Source of the DNA: Antedon mediterranea
Taxonomy: Eukaryota; Animalia; Echinodermata
NCBI RefSeq assembly: GCF_964355755.1
Contig: NC_092670.1
Coordinates: 26,832,795 to 26,896,794 of the forward strand
Direction of reading: 5' to 3'
Length of the DNA stretch: 64,000 nt
Shown: piece after piece, positions 36,001 through 46,156 of the stretch
Numbering within the stretch: the stretch's first letter is position 1
How the letters are laid out: each line of letters starts with the position of its first letter
Made by a program: the position numbers and the translations under genes
Notes under the pieces: generated by a model
The model's database searches: none
What the model was told of the DNA's origin: nothing
The model's input: the letters and a program-made list of their open reading frames with translations, nothing else

Positions 36001-39000
36001 TACAAGGAGTTATCCGCTGAATGCTGATAACTAATAAGATAGAAAGAAAAAAGATCCTGAAAATAACAAGGGGTTATCCACCAAGTGCGGATAACCAATT
36101 AAACTGCTACGTCAAATAGTTGAGCGCCGTTTTTTTTAAAAATATTTCTTATTTATTTTTAATTTTAAAAATTGATCAATCTATATGTATATGTTTTCCA
36201 GTCAATTTGTTATTATTGCATTATAAAATATTCCATCAATTTAAATAGTATATGAGATCTTTTAAAAAGTATTGATTTGGCTTTAAAAAAATTAGGCATA
36301 TAGCACTAAGTACATTTGAAATTATTATGAGATTTATATTGTTATTTTAATTATAGTATCAGAAATCTTTAAAAATAAAATGTAATGAGTTTTTTAATTT
36401 AAAAGAAAATGCAAATCTCTAGTAGTTTTTTTTTTTTTTGTACCTCAGATTTCCTTGGCATGGAGTTAGAAGCATATGTAGCACGGCTTCCAGTAGAAGT
36501 GAGAGTTGAGAGAATGGGAACAAGAAGTGGTTTGATTAGAGCACGTCTTAGAGGGGCATCTGTAGCTACTGGCAAAGTCATTACATTTCTTGATGCACAT
36601 TGTGAATGCACTAAAGGTTGGCTTGAACCGCTTCTTACGAGAATTTATTTAGACAGGTTGGTTTATTTTTGCGTAATTACTTATTCTTGTTGTTTTTTAA
36701 TGTTATTTATTTTTATTTAAGTACTGTATAAATTTTGCCCATCATCCTGACAATAGAAAGTTTCGGAGGTTCAGTACAATCTGTGAACAGTTTTTAAGTG
36801 TTCCCCTCTTAGGGGATATGTGCATTTAGCATATCTTATTTTGAATGTTAATATTTATTATTTTTCTTTCTTCTTATATATTTGTACTTGTTGTATTTGT
36901 ACTGGCACACTAAAAAAAGGGGAAAATGAAATTGAATGGGTCTGCACTGGTGAATAAATATGCACATACAACACAGGGCTTGATTTATAATATTCAAATC
37001 TTTTCTTGTTATACTTTAATATTTGTCACAAATTGGGTACATTTGATAATGGTGGTCACAGTCCTCATTTAACCAAACAAATTACCACACACAATAAACC
37101 GGGTGCTGGTCAACTTTAGATTTTATTGTTAAGTTTGTCAGTCTAGTCTCGAGACTCCCTCGAAAACCCCCAAAAACGGTTTATTTCAGCCCATCTCACC
37201 AATGATCTAAATTTTGTCAAAACATAGTGGAAAAAAATGAAAACTGACAAAATATCGGTCCGAAAGGTCATGTCAGATCCCCTTAAAGTCACCCCTTCAC
37301 GTTAATTTCAACCCACGTCAAATCAGTAAAAACATAGTAGTATATATTGACAGGCAGCCCAGAGAAATTTGGTTAGATGAACTAGGTACCAATATCTGAC
37401 TATTTAAGTGGGTTGGGGGTCACTTGAAGTCAATGAAAATGGGAGTCTGCCAGGTACCACCTGCTGCGTCTAGACCGGGGGACCCCGAAAGGTGCTAAAA
37501 AATCGGCATCAAATAGATAGAGATTCCCGCTAATTTTACCACTATGGGATGCATATTGTATCCTTATACTAATATTACCACCGACAGACATTTTGTCTGC
37601 TGCAATAGGCCCGCCAGACCCCCCGAGGGAAGGCCTAAGAATGGGGATAGGCTAGTGAGGAACCACTCAAAATTAGGGTGTCACCAAACCTAAGATCACG
37701 AAACCTAAGACCCAATTAGACCTAAGATTACAAATTCTAAGATATACTACAGCTTAAAAACAATTGTTTATCTAAACACAATTTTAAACATAGTAGGTTT
37801 CATTTAGCTTTTTACCATAAATTTAATTAAATACTTAGCACAAACAGAAATAAACTCATAATATTTTCGCCCGTTGAGTAAATATATACCTTTGTTTCAC
37901 TACAAACTGGACAGTTTGTTTGTTGATATATATTTACTCCATTGTGCTGGTTTCAGGGGTCGGCACCTGCATTGTATTTTGACTCCAAATTAATTTAACT
38001 AACTTTATTCTGAATACCAACACCTTAGAATTATGCCTCAAAAGTACTTTTATGAAAGAGATTCACATAAAAAGTAACAAATAAATACTTGGTATTATTT
38101 ATAAATAAAAGTTGGTGATTTTACAGACGTGTTCCTTGCACACTTTAGCATACTCAACTTTCAATATTTTCGTTTCTATGGAGCGCCAAAAGAGCAACAA
38201 TAATACACATAGAACATAAATTTCAATATGTTATAGCTCCTCAGAATGAAAAGAGATACTCATGATTAAAACTTTTTCTGGTAGCTGTTGAATTGTAGAT
38301 ACAAATTCATGTACAAATTTTGCACATCAGATGTTGTGACGTCATATGGCCAGTTGAATTGTAAAAGTTGTATTTTCATATTTTGCGTCATAGGTCATGA
38401 CATTTAAAAGAGCGCGCATCCATATTCTACGTATTCAAATTTCTTCAACACCTTAATATGTTGTTGCTCAGATAATTCCCTTCCGAAATTGCTATCTACG
38501 TACTTCATTTTGATGACATTATCATGTTAAAAATTGGATTAAAAGATGGGTCTCGTAATTTCATCTATTCTGCACTGTATATAGTATGTATACTGTGTGT
38601 ATACTTAGACACAAAACAGAGAGCACACTAACACCATCATCTTTTCTTCAGGTCACAATGGCATAATCGTTTTTCTGTGCGCAATATTCTAACGTATGAC
38701 ATACACGTGGCATTTATCGTGGGGATAACCTAACTCATCCATAGTTTTAATAATGATATAATTTGTTTCTCAACTGACAATTTGAAGGATTTTCCTCAAA
38801 TAAGCACCTTTAACATGACTCTTTTCAGATACAATTTCTTATCTTTTTTTTCTTTTAGAAAAACGGTTGTGTGTCCAATCATAGATGTTATAAGTGATGA
38901 AAATTTTGGTTACCATGCCGGTTCAGACCAGACATATGGTGGATTTAACTGGAAACTAAATTTTAGATGGTATGGTATTCCACAACGAGAGAATGAAAGA

Positions 39001-42000
39001 AGGAATGGGGATCGCACATTACCTCTTAGGTATAGGAAGACTTTCATTACTATTTTGTTAAATTCTCTGCTGGTCATTAAACCAATTTGAACACTATCGA
39101 AATTGCACCATGGGAACATGTAGTGAAGCTTCTCAATAAATACCAACTGAGTGTTTTCAATGAGCCTCTCCAGTTATTGTTGTATAGTGTCATAGTAACA
39201 CAATCTAGCAATTACAAAATTTACTACTGTGTTTAACTGTGGAATAATAAGGTCTGATTTCCCTTCTATACTCACTTCAGAATGTTCTTTTTAAAAGAAA
39301 AACATAAAAACAAAAACAAAAAAAATTTTTGTGTAGACTGAAGTGCATTTTTGGGAAATTTGTCAAAAAGTTCTTGTTTCTCCTTTTTTATGTTGTCGTT
39401 GATATATATCTTCAATTTAATATTTGTTTGTTTGTCTTTAATGAGTGTTGAATGCGACGGTAATATTATGTTATTAACACATTATCCTTATTAGGTCCCC
39501 GACCATGGCTGGAGGTTTGTTTGCAATTGACAAAAACTACTTTGAAGAGTTAGGAACTTACGATTCTGGAATGGATGTGTGGGGAGGAGAAAATTTAGAA
39601 ATTTCTTTTAGGGTAAGTATTGTTGATTGAAATTAGAATTCTAAGATTCAGAGGCAAGAGGTAGTTACTGAATACTTGCCTTAAAACCGATTTGAATTAC
39701 ATAAACTTGATAATATATTGGAGTATAGGTTGTAAACTTTCATTTTAGAGGGAGCAAGGCACAATTCAATTCCAAACCAACATTCCTTCTTTAGAATCAC
39801 ATAACACAACATAATAGATAAATAAATATAAAATTTGCAATATTTCAAAATAAGTTGGCAATTCATGAAAGCATATCTCTATATCAAGCCTACAAGAAAA
39901 AACGAATAGGACATGGTAGGACAACAAGCTTTTGTCTTGTTTTCAGTTGTAACTGTAGAGGGAGGCAACATTAAATTCTATTTTTTTTTTCTTAGATATG
40001 GATGTGTGGTGGTGTACTTGAGATTGTAACATGCTCCCATGTTGGCCATGTATTTAGAAAGTCTACCCCTTATTCTTTTCCTGGAGGAACTGGTAAAATT
40101 ATTAATCGTAATAATCAAAGACTAGCTGAGGTGTGGATGGACCAATATAAACATTTTTATTATAAAATCAATCCAGGTACTTTGTCATTATTTTGTCAAT
40201 TTTCAGCAGATTGTTGTTGTTTTTTAATGATTCAGTAACATTTAGTATTTTTAATATTTTAGGACACAACCGGCCTAGTTTAAATTGAGATCAGTTTTTT
40301 GCAAGCACAGCCATTAGAGGGTGAATGATAGTAACACTAGTGAACCCCTATCAATATGTCTTTGTTTATATATTATCATTTGAAAGAGTATTTAGAGGGT
40401 TAGGTGTAATGTTTTAATTATTTAGTATAAGGGTATGTAAGCTTGAGATTCTTAAAAAAAAAAAAATTAATTGCTCCTTTTGTTTTATTTATTTTATGGA
40501 TTCTTTTATTTTTATGTGAAGCTCATAGAAGCTTTATGCATTATGTGCTTAAATGTCAAAATTTATTATTATTATTGTTGACCTATTTTTTTCCTCAACA
40601 CAGTTAACGTTTGTATATAAACAAATAGTTGAAAATATAAAATCATCAATTTTACATTTTCGTATTTTCTCAGGTGTTCGTAAAACAGCATATGGTGATG
40701 TTAAATTTCGACAGCAATTAAGAGATAAACTGCAATGCAAACCATTTGATTGGTACTTGGATAATGTGTACCCAGAATCACAGTTTAGATTAGATGTTGT
40801 AATGATTGGTGAGGTAAGTTTACACTAGGTATGTTCACATTCACTGATCATGATCAAACCATTATGTGAACCTAAATACCAGCATGCTCCGTGCACAGAT
40901 TGATATTTTCATATTGTGATGTGATGAACCCCACTTTCGACCGAAAGTATTAACTGATTCAGCCAAAAAAGGACAGACAATTAATTCAGCAACGAGACAG
41001 GACCAGGCCTGCGTACAATGTTCCTACATTACCGCTCTTTACCAGCTAGGCATACACAACTAAGCCTAGCTAAGCTAGGCCTAAGACATTCGACGCGAGC
41101 TACTTAGGTAGTGCATTGTTTCTCTCATCATAATTAACCATAAAACGTACATTTAAGACAAGGAATGACCTGGTTTAATGTTTTTAAATAATATATATGC
41201 ATTATTTTTACAAAACATTGAAAATTGTAGGTATAGTGTCTTTATTATTTGTATACTAATGCATGTTCAGTTTTTTGTATGCATTTTGAGAATTTTTGTT
41301 GATTGATCCATGTTTTGAAAATCCATCGTTTATAACTGCGTCCAAAGTTTGAACACTTACATGAAATTAATTCTAAATCTTTTCACTGGCAAGTCATGCG
41401 TTTACTGTTACAATTTTTTGTTGTAATTTCAGATTAGGAATGGTGAAACAAATCAATGTTTAGACAGTATGGGCCGAAAAGAGCATGATAAGATAGGGAT
41501 CTTTAAATGTCACGGCCAAGGTGGCAACCAGGTATAGTGTAGTTGTTGCACTGTGATTGTTGACTTTTTTGGTTTAAACCTGATTTTGAATTGGAGGAAA
41601 CTGATTAGTCTATGGCTCTGTACCAGTTTCTTCTTTATTTTGATGGGAATTATGTTGCAGTTATGCAGCCTAAATGCCGGTTCAGGCCGCTGCGTTTGGT
41701 AATCACCAGCCCGTGAAAATCACATACAGCCGCATGGCCCAATTCAAGTATAGATGGCCCTAGCAACCTATATCTGAATTTCAATCCAAAGCCACATAAG
41801 AGGACGCAGGGAATTTAGAGGAGGCATAGACGATTAAATCGTCTACCCCTACCAACAGTTATTTTTATAAAGATTATAGGTCAGTGGCATTGACAGCCGT
41901 CCCCATGAAATGTTTTGAGCAAATTATAAAAAATATATTAAATAATGAGACGAATGGTATGATTGATAGCAATCAATTTGCTAATAGAGCAAAAAGGGGA

Positions 42001-43834
42001 GTAATTGACTCAGTTATGGCACTCACGCAGAAGGTGTATGGTCACCTTGAATATCCAAATAATTATGCTAGAATATTATTTTTAGATTTTTCTTCAGCAT
42101 TCAATAAAATCCAGCCTCATTTACTTACTGATAAATTATTAAAATCAGGATTAAATCCACAATTAAACACTTGCCTAATTGGTTTAATTTCAAATAATAA
42201 AATATCCTTGTTTAATGAATAAGTTGAATCATAAACTAAATGCCAAGAAAACTAAAGAGGTTATTGTTGACTTCAGGAGGAAAAATAAAACTAATCATGT
42301 AAACATTGTAATTGATAATGAGAATGTGGAAATAGTAGATAGACACAAGTACTTGGGATTTGTGATTAATAATTGATAATGAACTAAACTGGGAAAGTAA
42401 CATTAAACAACTCCGTACTAAGGTGAATAAGAGAATGTGTACTTTGTGAAATGAAAAAGTTTAATGTTACTGTAGCTCCCATCTTATTCATATGTTTTAT
42501 TCCTCTGTTGTTCAATCAATCCATTTGTATTGTAGTATTATTTGTTTTTTTCATATCAATGTTAACAGCAAAAGTCAAATTCTAAGAATTTTAAATAAAG
42601 CCAGCAAAGTAATCGGTGTCGAAGTGAAATCTCTAAATGATATTTAAAATGTTTATACTTAAGAAAATTAACTCAATATACAAGACTCAACCACCCATTA
42701 CACTCCGATATTATTATTAGCAGATCAGGAAGAACTAGACTGACACAGAAAACAATTTTGACAAACCGTTTCAGATTTGTAACACTGTAAACTTTAAAGA
42801 TAGTAACATGTATTCATTTATTTATATATATATCACTTTGTATTATTGAATGATCTACTATGGTACAAAACACATCTCAAAATTGTAAAATTTTGACAAT
42901 AAAGTAGACTTTATCTTGTAATAAATCCTTTTCGTCAATTGTCTAAATTTTCTTTATTGATTTTTAATTATCTCTAGACCGGCTTTACCTTTGCAATTCG
43001 TAAGTAATCGATTGTAATCTACATTTACTCGCAATCATTATGGATACAATCCGATTACATCAGAGACCGGTAGTTTAGAAAGATATAACTTCCCTAGGGA
43101 ATTATGTTTTTTTTGGAGAGCTAGTCACATGATGCCATTTCGACCAATCATGTTCTCGCATTTACATGTAATATAGTAACCTACATCATAAAGAGTAAAT
43201 AATCCTTTTGTCATTTTTACAGTCTTGTTTGTTATTGTTTAAATATTTATTTCTTGTAGATATTTGCACTTAGCAAGACAAATGAAATAAAACATGATGA
43301 CCTGTGTTTGGATTCATCAAAGGACACTAATTATAAAGAAATCACTTTGTTTAAATGTCACGGTAAACGTGGAAATCAAGAATGGATATACAAAGAGGAT
43401 GTAAGTAAAAAGTAATGTTAAAGTGACATTTTCCTTTTGGCACTATACCTATATCTTAATAAAGGGTGAAGCATGGAGCCCTTGTCATATATGGTTACAT
43501 TTTAAATAATTAATAATTCTCAATTGCAATTCCTCAAGCAGACTTGTCCGATCATCATCTGATTGGTAGGTCATAAATGATTTGGTGTCTTCTTCCCTAG
43601 ACGGACATTGCAGTCTCAAGAAGAGTACGTCTGATTTCTATAATAAATTTTTTTTTTATTATTATTATTATTATTTATATTTTGCAGACTAAAGAGATAG
43701 TTCATCGACCTACTACACTTTGTCTTGATAAAGCACCATCTCTTAAAGACTATCCTACATTAAGCAATTGTGATGGTTCATTACACCAAACATGGAACCT
43801 TGTACAGATAGACCTTACAGCTCCTATACGATAA
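2846..43834 (+). CDS. GALNT1: Polypeptide N-acetylgalactosaminyltransferase 1/13-like gene (5' exons outside window). Coding exons 2846-3018, 36449-36656, 38859-39029, 39495-39612, 39996-40176, 40674-40813, 41433-41531, 43260-43400, 43688-43834
   Basis: The nine AG/GT-bounded exons join in frame. They contain [28 protein letters not shown] (DxH), [19 protein letters not shown] and GHVFRK, then three ricin-lectin repeats (CLD..CHG..GNQ) and TAA at 43832-43834. Sequence and intron positions follow vertebrate GALNT1 as recalled. Confidence 0.95.
3620..4900 (+). repeat. Abundant composite dispersed repeat; related pieces at about 2050-2600, 19290-19940, 21860-22090, 32975-33565, 35520-36030, 38215-38730
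   Basis: Recurrent strings tgcgcaaaatgtca..aaagttgattagaaattaattttg and catgaattcgtatctacaatccaatagcttccagaaaac. Confidence 0.8.
5146..7291. mobile_element. Foldback-like element with ~300-bp inverted arms (about 5146-5450 and 7010-7291)
   Basis: For example gaaatgtcgagctcaaca..tcagaatgctagaagtaa vs ttacttctagcattctga..tgttgagctcgacatttc, and aaacatatctctacacaac vs gttgtgtagagatatgttt. Confidence 0.8.
5683..6477. mobile_element. Non-autonomous DNA transposon, 15-bp TIR, 5-bp TSD
   Basis: CAGTGGCGGATCTAG...CTAGATCCGCCACTG flanked by CACAT on both sides. Confidence 0.85.
8062..8770 (-). mobile_element. Decayed 3' end of a Rex1/Babar-like LINE
   Basis: Remnant [30 protein letters not shown] and (TCTTGAA)n tail; resembles the ORFs at 50398 and 59363. 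Confidence 0.6.
8842..10483 (-). mobile_element. 5' half of a CR1/L2-group non-LTR retrotransposon: 2A-like motif, PHD finger, AP endonuclease; 3'-truncated
   Basis: GDVSLNPGP; CDVC..CNAC..HTKC..CDIC; [25 protein letters not shown] endonuclease motifs. A small deletion near 9810 removes the E of the ETW motif and shifts the frame. Confidence 0.9.
11590..11757 (-). CDS. -1-frame C-terminal extension of receptor A with two ITIM-type motifs
   Basis: After the A8 run (T8 at 11758-11765) the -1 frame reads [55 protein letters not shown], colinear with the end of receptor B. Confidence 0.85.
   Translation of the reverse strand, partial: HSKKLAMSKVSPHGSRSKCVDPQGLMYADLDFMNTAKTSMSTEISGVIYADITKH
11742..13481 (-). 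CDS. Ig-superfamily type I membrane receptor A (3 Ig domains). Uninterrupted ORF, C-terminus apparently frameshifted
   Basis: 579-aa ORF: signal peptide ending VVKC; Ig1 [12 protein letters not shown]; Ig2 LSC..LTWY..FTC; Ig3 [15 protein letters not shown]; T/S stalk; [27 protein letters not shown]; tail with YAKV, YAPV, YACI. Confidence 0.9.
   Translation of the reverse strand: MIQLKFICTFLFFYLMNYFQVVKCAVITKDPVDVVASAGEEATFNCIIKMNKNVKEELTYTVGWYSSEQYISNGNRMEINNNKYTVDTTFTFKPGDGKYITTTLRITDVKHIDAGIFLCLVLQKTGIQSSAKLIVKKVPEPRCMDLPKTVTLTERIALSCMIGAGNHDTRLTWYKSDSEGFLNSATFPQSTEKSYLNITILASKNVNNYFTCIASSLEGGQAESCSTNLMNIVKEETSSLPVVVFTQNTMPIISGSEGCFQCIVTCDTCAGLIEFTWEYNGSSSFLHSQRSNTRCFASISLIDNGKVLKCRATFDSKSGSGKIVIKVVDGLTMPMTQPVATQTYSTHSTNQHQDKVQKTLKTTSFYIPIAIVVVIIIITICGFFGFHLYCKYKQTPNITEDKLNMKNITTSGSLNNQQQYTLDVFPMYAKVQKVNNLSEKQNIDQNKLPEHEEIPMYAPVEIHKQTSDKRVNTTVAIKTETSENQVNHWKSPSGDIYACIQKNKASTLPASIKTKNAPDTKPKKLKKNVNHSRESAIDGNDDISKNIPENESNKKLQENISDKPRDKDHPHVKKNIQKS
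13950..16454 (+). mobile_element. 5'-truncated L2/CR1-group LINE (reverse transcriptase) with (AATC)n tail
   Basis: [45 protein letters not shown] motifs; stop and frameshift lesions; AATAAA + (AATC)n at about 16424-16454. Confidence 0.92.
14653..14970 (-). mobile_element. tRNA-derived SINE with Deu/Nin-type core inserted in the LINE
   Basis: Head with A box TGGCCGAGCGG and B box GGTTCGAGG; core CTTCTCGGATAAGGACTATAAACCGTAGGTCC..GCACTTTAAAGAACC..GAGTAGGGG; (TTCAA)n tail. It interrupts the LINE reading YIQLANHL|[13 protein letters not shown]. Confidence 0.8.
18215..18295 (-). pseudogene. 5S rRNA-derived fragment (pseudogene or SINE3 head), 5' end cut by an insertion at 18296
   Basis: GATCACCGAAATTAAGCAACGTTGGACCTGATTAGAGCTTGGATGGGAGACC..GGGTGCTGTA. 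Confidence 0.7.
19157..19232. repeat. 21-bp tandem repeat (about 3.5 copies), subterminal in an element starting at 18296
   Basis: AACGAGGGGGCTAGATCCCCC units; CCCAACGAGGGGGCTA is also at about 18316-18331. Confidence 0.85.
19941..21857 (+). repeat. ~1.2-kb repeat (plus inserted MITE) with an inverted copy at about 31822-32969; ends in a hairpin/CTAG-like motif
   Basis: Blockwise reverse-complement match, e.g. atctatctcagatgtac, ttaggaagatattataaagagttttt, ggaacggaccgcacgtgtg, ccgagaaccatcgtctacacttcct. Confidence 0.88.
21061..21687. mobile_element. TTAA-specific MITE (Kolobok/piggyBac-type target); partial relatives at about 17330-17560 and 40870-41243
   Basis: TTAA at both ends with imperfect TIR AGCCCCATTCCCTAC / GCAGGGAAGGGGTCT. 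The paralogous repeat at about 32010-32025 shows the empty single-TTAA site. Confidence 0.85.
24078..25979 (-). CDS. Ig-superfamily type I membrane receptor B with C-terminal ITIM + ITSM (probable start MWLQ at 25979)
   Basis: Signal peptide ending NVKC; Ig1 FIC..LAWE..DAGILMC; Ig2 [15 protein letters not shown]; Ig3 FEC..YTWS..VNC; [27 protein letters not shown]; long tail with YQNQ, YDNV, YINV, LQYADL (24156-24173), TQYAEI (24090-24107). Confidence 0.9.
   Translation of the reverse strand: MWLQKKFGKVWMLTISILYVFENVKCAEITHGIEDTEITEDETTNFICIVKLEETEKQYQLAWERDSIFIALGNDLYFEKKRYSINVTIVEDTLYYYKTSILKIRKAKLTDAGILMCYLRSDDHLSVATSAHITVVKSIPRPRCSKIPTEVIIGENVTIACTAKQLSHSIELNWWSRIVEDNQLRLVEGNQKVVGRKFTLNYTFTVQAGDKGRTFKCKATHVNKNKSDFVSCTSRVTKTLTSYLNVSVQQQNPISPGDVACFECLVKENLKDVEMKYTWSSLLDNPLPRFHDFIQCFGNVSTFNAGEAVNCTVEHGGRSGTDSSQLRMSTETIVNVLFTTSSPTDDTPNPIFGTNSAFLYIVIVMSLFLLMVCLVTILLYCIKKQRNINKNEKDNCIKPDIEGKNITNNCTIDLKPVGLVEINDEINTCNDQSEYQNQRISLYDNVPIEETSAEISISTRPDKIHTLNFKHRASTLEQDTIKNSVHEVQTSLQMTDLENIMYGGINRSQTQKVKPRLTMKPLSKALSLDQRRMKKNLVEMRALNEAHNTRENKEAKETTYINVDIKNKAETPSPIVTMEPEVKTKSATLSTPLEARTLNIEGLQYADLDLLNCGNSITQPTTEITQYAEIRRL
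28312..28387 (-). pseudogene. tRNA-like sequence (SINE head or tRNA pseudogene) inside a repeat also present near 62620-63000
   Basis: A-box-like TGGTCTAATAGTTAG and B-box GGGTTCGAGTC, with imperfect stems. Confidence 0.55.
29414..30904 (-). CDS. Ig-superfamily type I membrane receptor C with long mucin-like stalk and short ITIM-less tail
   Basis: 496-aa ORF: signal [20 protein letters not shown]; Ig1 LEC..IHWTK..DLGTYQC; Ig2 LRC..MMWS..YIC; Ig3 [15 protein letters not shown]; S/T-rich stalk; TM; tail ending AQTTTL. Confidence 0.9.
   Translation of the reverse strand: MYKVNIFVKNTNRMSSSWLFLFVLFGIGNNVFSAEITFPDHVTVNMSSSGFLECSLTLTSDESITPHGIHWTKNDNIEIASSDSVTNGDTIKYALSGLSVTQNVSITQTLLILEVGENDLGTYQCTFILNGQETNVKASTRLYITNYVPTPMCYTPEKTIVQPDDIITLRCDSDPADPLIEMMWSIDGNIISTNSQNTNNPLSLNYVLTVPNTEGVISYICQTSNTLDNVQACMINLLVESPLNLLIMQTPEIAVIGQDVTFICLVSSGTVTSYAWTFQDAGISYNIDGSALTIHNVQASYDGLNLICTVATSTQEERKSIKLTLSTPITTLAQTTPTSLPTTKARKQISKVATQAIRTTAIMPKITSVAWNEITSNPAMSTAKSEKQESTSVDTMVIIIAAVCGSIFLLLSICILIICLRTGHQKQPSEQNLSARMEYYKNVSVENEVKGDMVVNHLDINFLPNNFDISVLQTENDIYYKDDGWEPPPSAQTTTL
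33695..35122. mobile_element. ~1.4-kb CAG-terminated non-autonomous DNA element splitting a SINE
   Basis: Ends CAGAGGTCCCAA / TTGGGACCCCTG, ATCCCC on both flanks, and GCGGTAG subterminal repeats at 35010-35110. Confidence 0.65.
35123..35447 (-). mobile_element. SINE with 5S-rRNA-derived segment, tRNA-like segment and Deu/Nin-type core; 3' part continues at about 33577-33694
   Basis: TACGGCCATAC..GAAGTTAAGCAACG..GGATGGGAGACC..GGGTGCTGTA (5S-like), then CCTTCGGATGGGATGTAAAGCCGTTGGTCC..GTTAAAGAAC..GAGTAGGGGAT. Confidence 0.7.
36449..36656 (+). CDS. GALNT1: GALNT1-like exon with DxH metal-binding motif
   Basis: Poly-T tract then ctcag|; [46 protein letters not shown]; AG|gttggt. Confidence 0.95.
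38859..40813 (+). CDS. GALNT1: GALNT1-like catalytic exons 38859-39029, 39495-39612, 39996-40176, 40674-40813
   Basis: [27 protein letters not shown]; [39 protein letters not shown]; [22 protein letters not shown]; [29 protein letters not shown]. All have canonical splice sites. Confidence 0.95.
41433..43834 (+). CDS. GALNT1: GALNT1-like ricin-B lectin exons 41433-41531, 43260-43400, 43688-43834 (absent from ORF track)
   Basis: Hand translation: [33 protein letters not shown] / [47 protein letters not shown] / [48 protein letters not shown]. Introns are phase-0 GT-AG. Confidence 0.93.
41870..42918 (+). mobile_element. Rex1/Babar-like LINE RT fragment, internally deleted
   Basis: [40 protein letters not shown]; the 3' half aligns at nucleotide level with 59363-59953. 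Confidence 0.85.
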
Positions 43835-44180
43835 TAAATGTGATGGTTCATTAAACCAAACATGGAACCTTGTATGAATATACCTTACAGCTCCTATACG
43901 ATAATAAATGTGATGGTTCATTAAACCAAACATGGAACCTTGTACAGATAGACCTTTATACAGCTCCTAAACAATAATAAATCTGATGGTTCATTACACC
44001 AAACATGGAACCTTGTATGAATATACCTTACAGCTCCTATACGATAATAAATGTGATGGTTCATTACACCAAACATGGAACCTTGTATGAATATACCTTA
44101 CAGCTCCTATACAATAATAAATGTGATGGTTCATTACACCAAACATGGAACCTTGTATGAATATACCTTACAGCTCCTAT
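43769..44180 (+). repeat. ~70-bp tandem repeat, about 6 copies, starting inside the last GALNT1 exon
   Basis: Units start at 43769, 43839, 43909, 43982, 44052, 44122 (TGTGATGGTTCATTACACCAAACATGGAACCTTGTA..CAGCTCCTATACGATAATAAA). Confidence 0.95.
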
Positions 44181-45383
44181 TACACTAACAATTCATTTTA
44201 ATAATTTTTAAAATTATAAATAATTGTACACAAACTATGTGATTTCTAACCATATGTGTTTTTTAATAAAAGGGATAGGTTTCAGTTTTATATTTACATG
44301 TTTTTAATGATTATATTACTTACATAGTAACATTAATTGTATTTTTTGTGACAAATTTGTTTATTTCTGTAATGTTTATATGAATTAATATTTAACAATG
44401 TGTAATGTGATATATATATATATATTTTTTTTGTAAAATGACACAATATGTTATGAATAGACTAATTAAAGTATTACTTATGCCATTTCGGATACTCAAA
44501 CATTCCCCCGTTTCAATGTGTATGAGATAAAGAATAGGCAAATTGAGCATCTCTATGTATTTATAATTTTATTCGTAATTTTCATTACATTTTTATTCAA
44601 TATCATGTTGTTAAAATTTTCAATTTTACACCACAATATTAGAAAATATTGAAATCATGTAGAGAACTAATAACATTCTAAATTCATTCTATATTTCTCA
44701 ATTAAGGTAATTTAAAAAATAATGAATTCCAAAAAAAAAATTGACAAAAAGGACACACTATTATTAAAAACAATTCTGCTCAAATGATCATGTTTGTTAT
44801 TTACAAAACTTGAAAATATGATTTCTACTATCTGTATGATTTTTGCTCACAATCTTGAGTTTATTAGATTAGATGAATCTAAAAGCATAACATCTATACA
44901 TATTCATAAGTAAATCCAATAACAAATAGCTTCTGTGATTACCCCAATTTCTAGAGCTGATTTTGTCTGTAAAATTTAATGTCTTTTTTATACTGTTCTG
45001 TTTTAAGTGTATCATAGTGCAATTGAAAAATCCACAAATAAAAAAACATAAGATTCTATCCAGTTTATTTGAACATATTTACCATTTGTTTATTATATAT
45101 TTCAGCATTGTTTAAAGTTTTATTTCTGTTAGGTTTTGTTTAATAATTACAGGTGATGGTATTTGAATGTTTAGTATTGGTGTATTAATATCCATGTCAG
45201 TATATAGTTTTATATTATTACTACTTCTTCTCACTTTGAAAATAATTAACTAATTAAAATGATATTATCTAATGGTGTTACTATGCCTTATTATTAATTT
45301 GGATTATATTTAGTATCACTATCATGAATTATCGAATAATCACTGCACAATCATATATTTTTTTGTATAAGACAAAGTATATA

Positions 45384-46156
45384 CAGTAGAACCCCTCCTT
45401 TAGGGGAGGGGGAGGGGGAACACCTCCTATTAAGGGGATAATTTTCTGCGAAATGAGGGACAATATATGTTTTCACACTACAGCAAACCCTACTCAAGGG
45501 ACACCCATATTAAGCAGACAATGACACTTTTGAGTGTGCCAAATGGTTGATTCAACCTCTATTAAAGATGTATTGTCCCCCAAAATCATGAAAAATAAAG
45601 ATTTTTAAAATCGGACTTTGAATAGGCCATTTTGCAGTTTTAATAAAGTTGTTCACATCCATAAGAAAAAAAACGGGGGGAAAAATTATTTCACTTATAA
45701 AAGGACAAAATAAACAGTTAAATTACCCAAAAACTCATTGTCTTCCAGACAATTTTACCATTTTTTGCTTTAAATTACATTTTTCTCAGTTAAATACCCT
45801 GTAAATTGTTTTCAGACCCAATTTTTTGTGAGAGTGAATAACTATTATGTGACATTAAAATAACATATTCAACAAAAAAAGCTAAAAAAATATTTTTTTA
45901 GGAGGACAATATATCTTTAAAGGGAACATAATCATGATTCTTTCTCTGACTTGGCAGTTCATTGCTAAAGTTACAATTCTTGAGTCCAGATTAATTAGTG
46001 TTCATTTTGGTATATTTGTTTTTCCTCCTATTATTAAGGGGACAATTTTCAGTTTTTTTGTACTGAATTCGGATACTCAGAGGACATCCTAGCTATTAAA
46101 TTGACAATTGTTTGGGTCCTGAATAGAGGTTTGGGACCTTAATAGAGGTTTTACTG
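45384..46156. mobile_element. Tc1/mariner (pogo-like) MITE containing a nested TTAA MITE (45566-45916)
   Basis: TA|CAGTAGAACCCCT..AGAGGTTTTACTG|TA; inner TTAA|AGATGTATTGTCC..GGACAATATATCT|TTAA. Confidence 0.8.
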
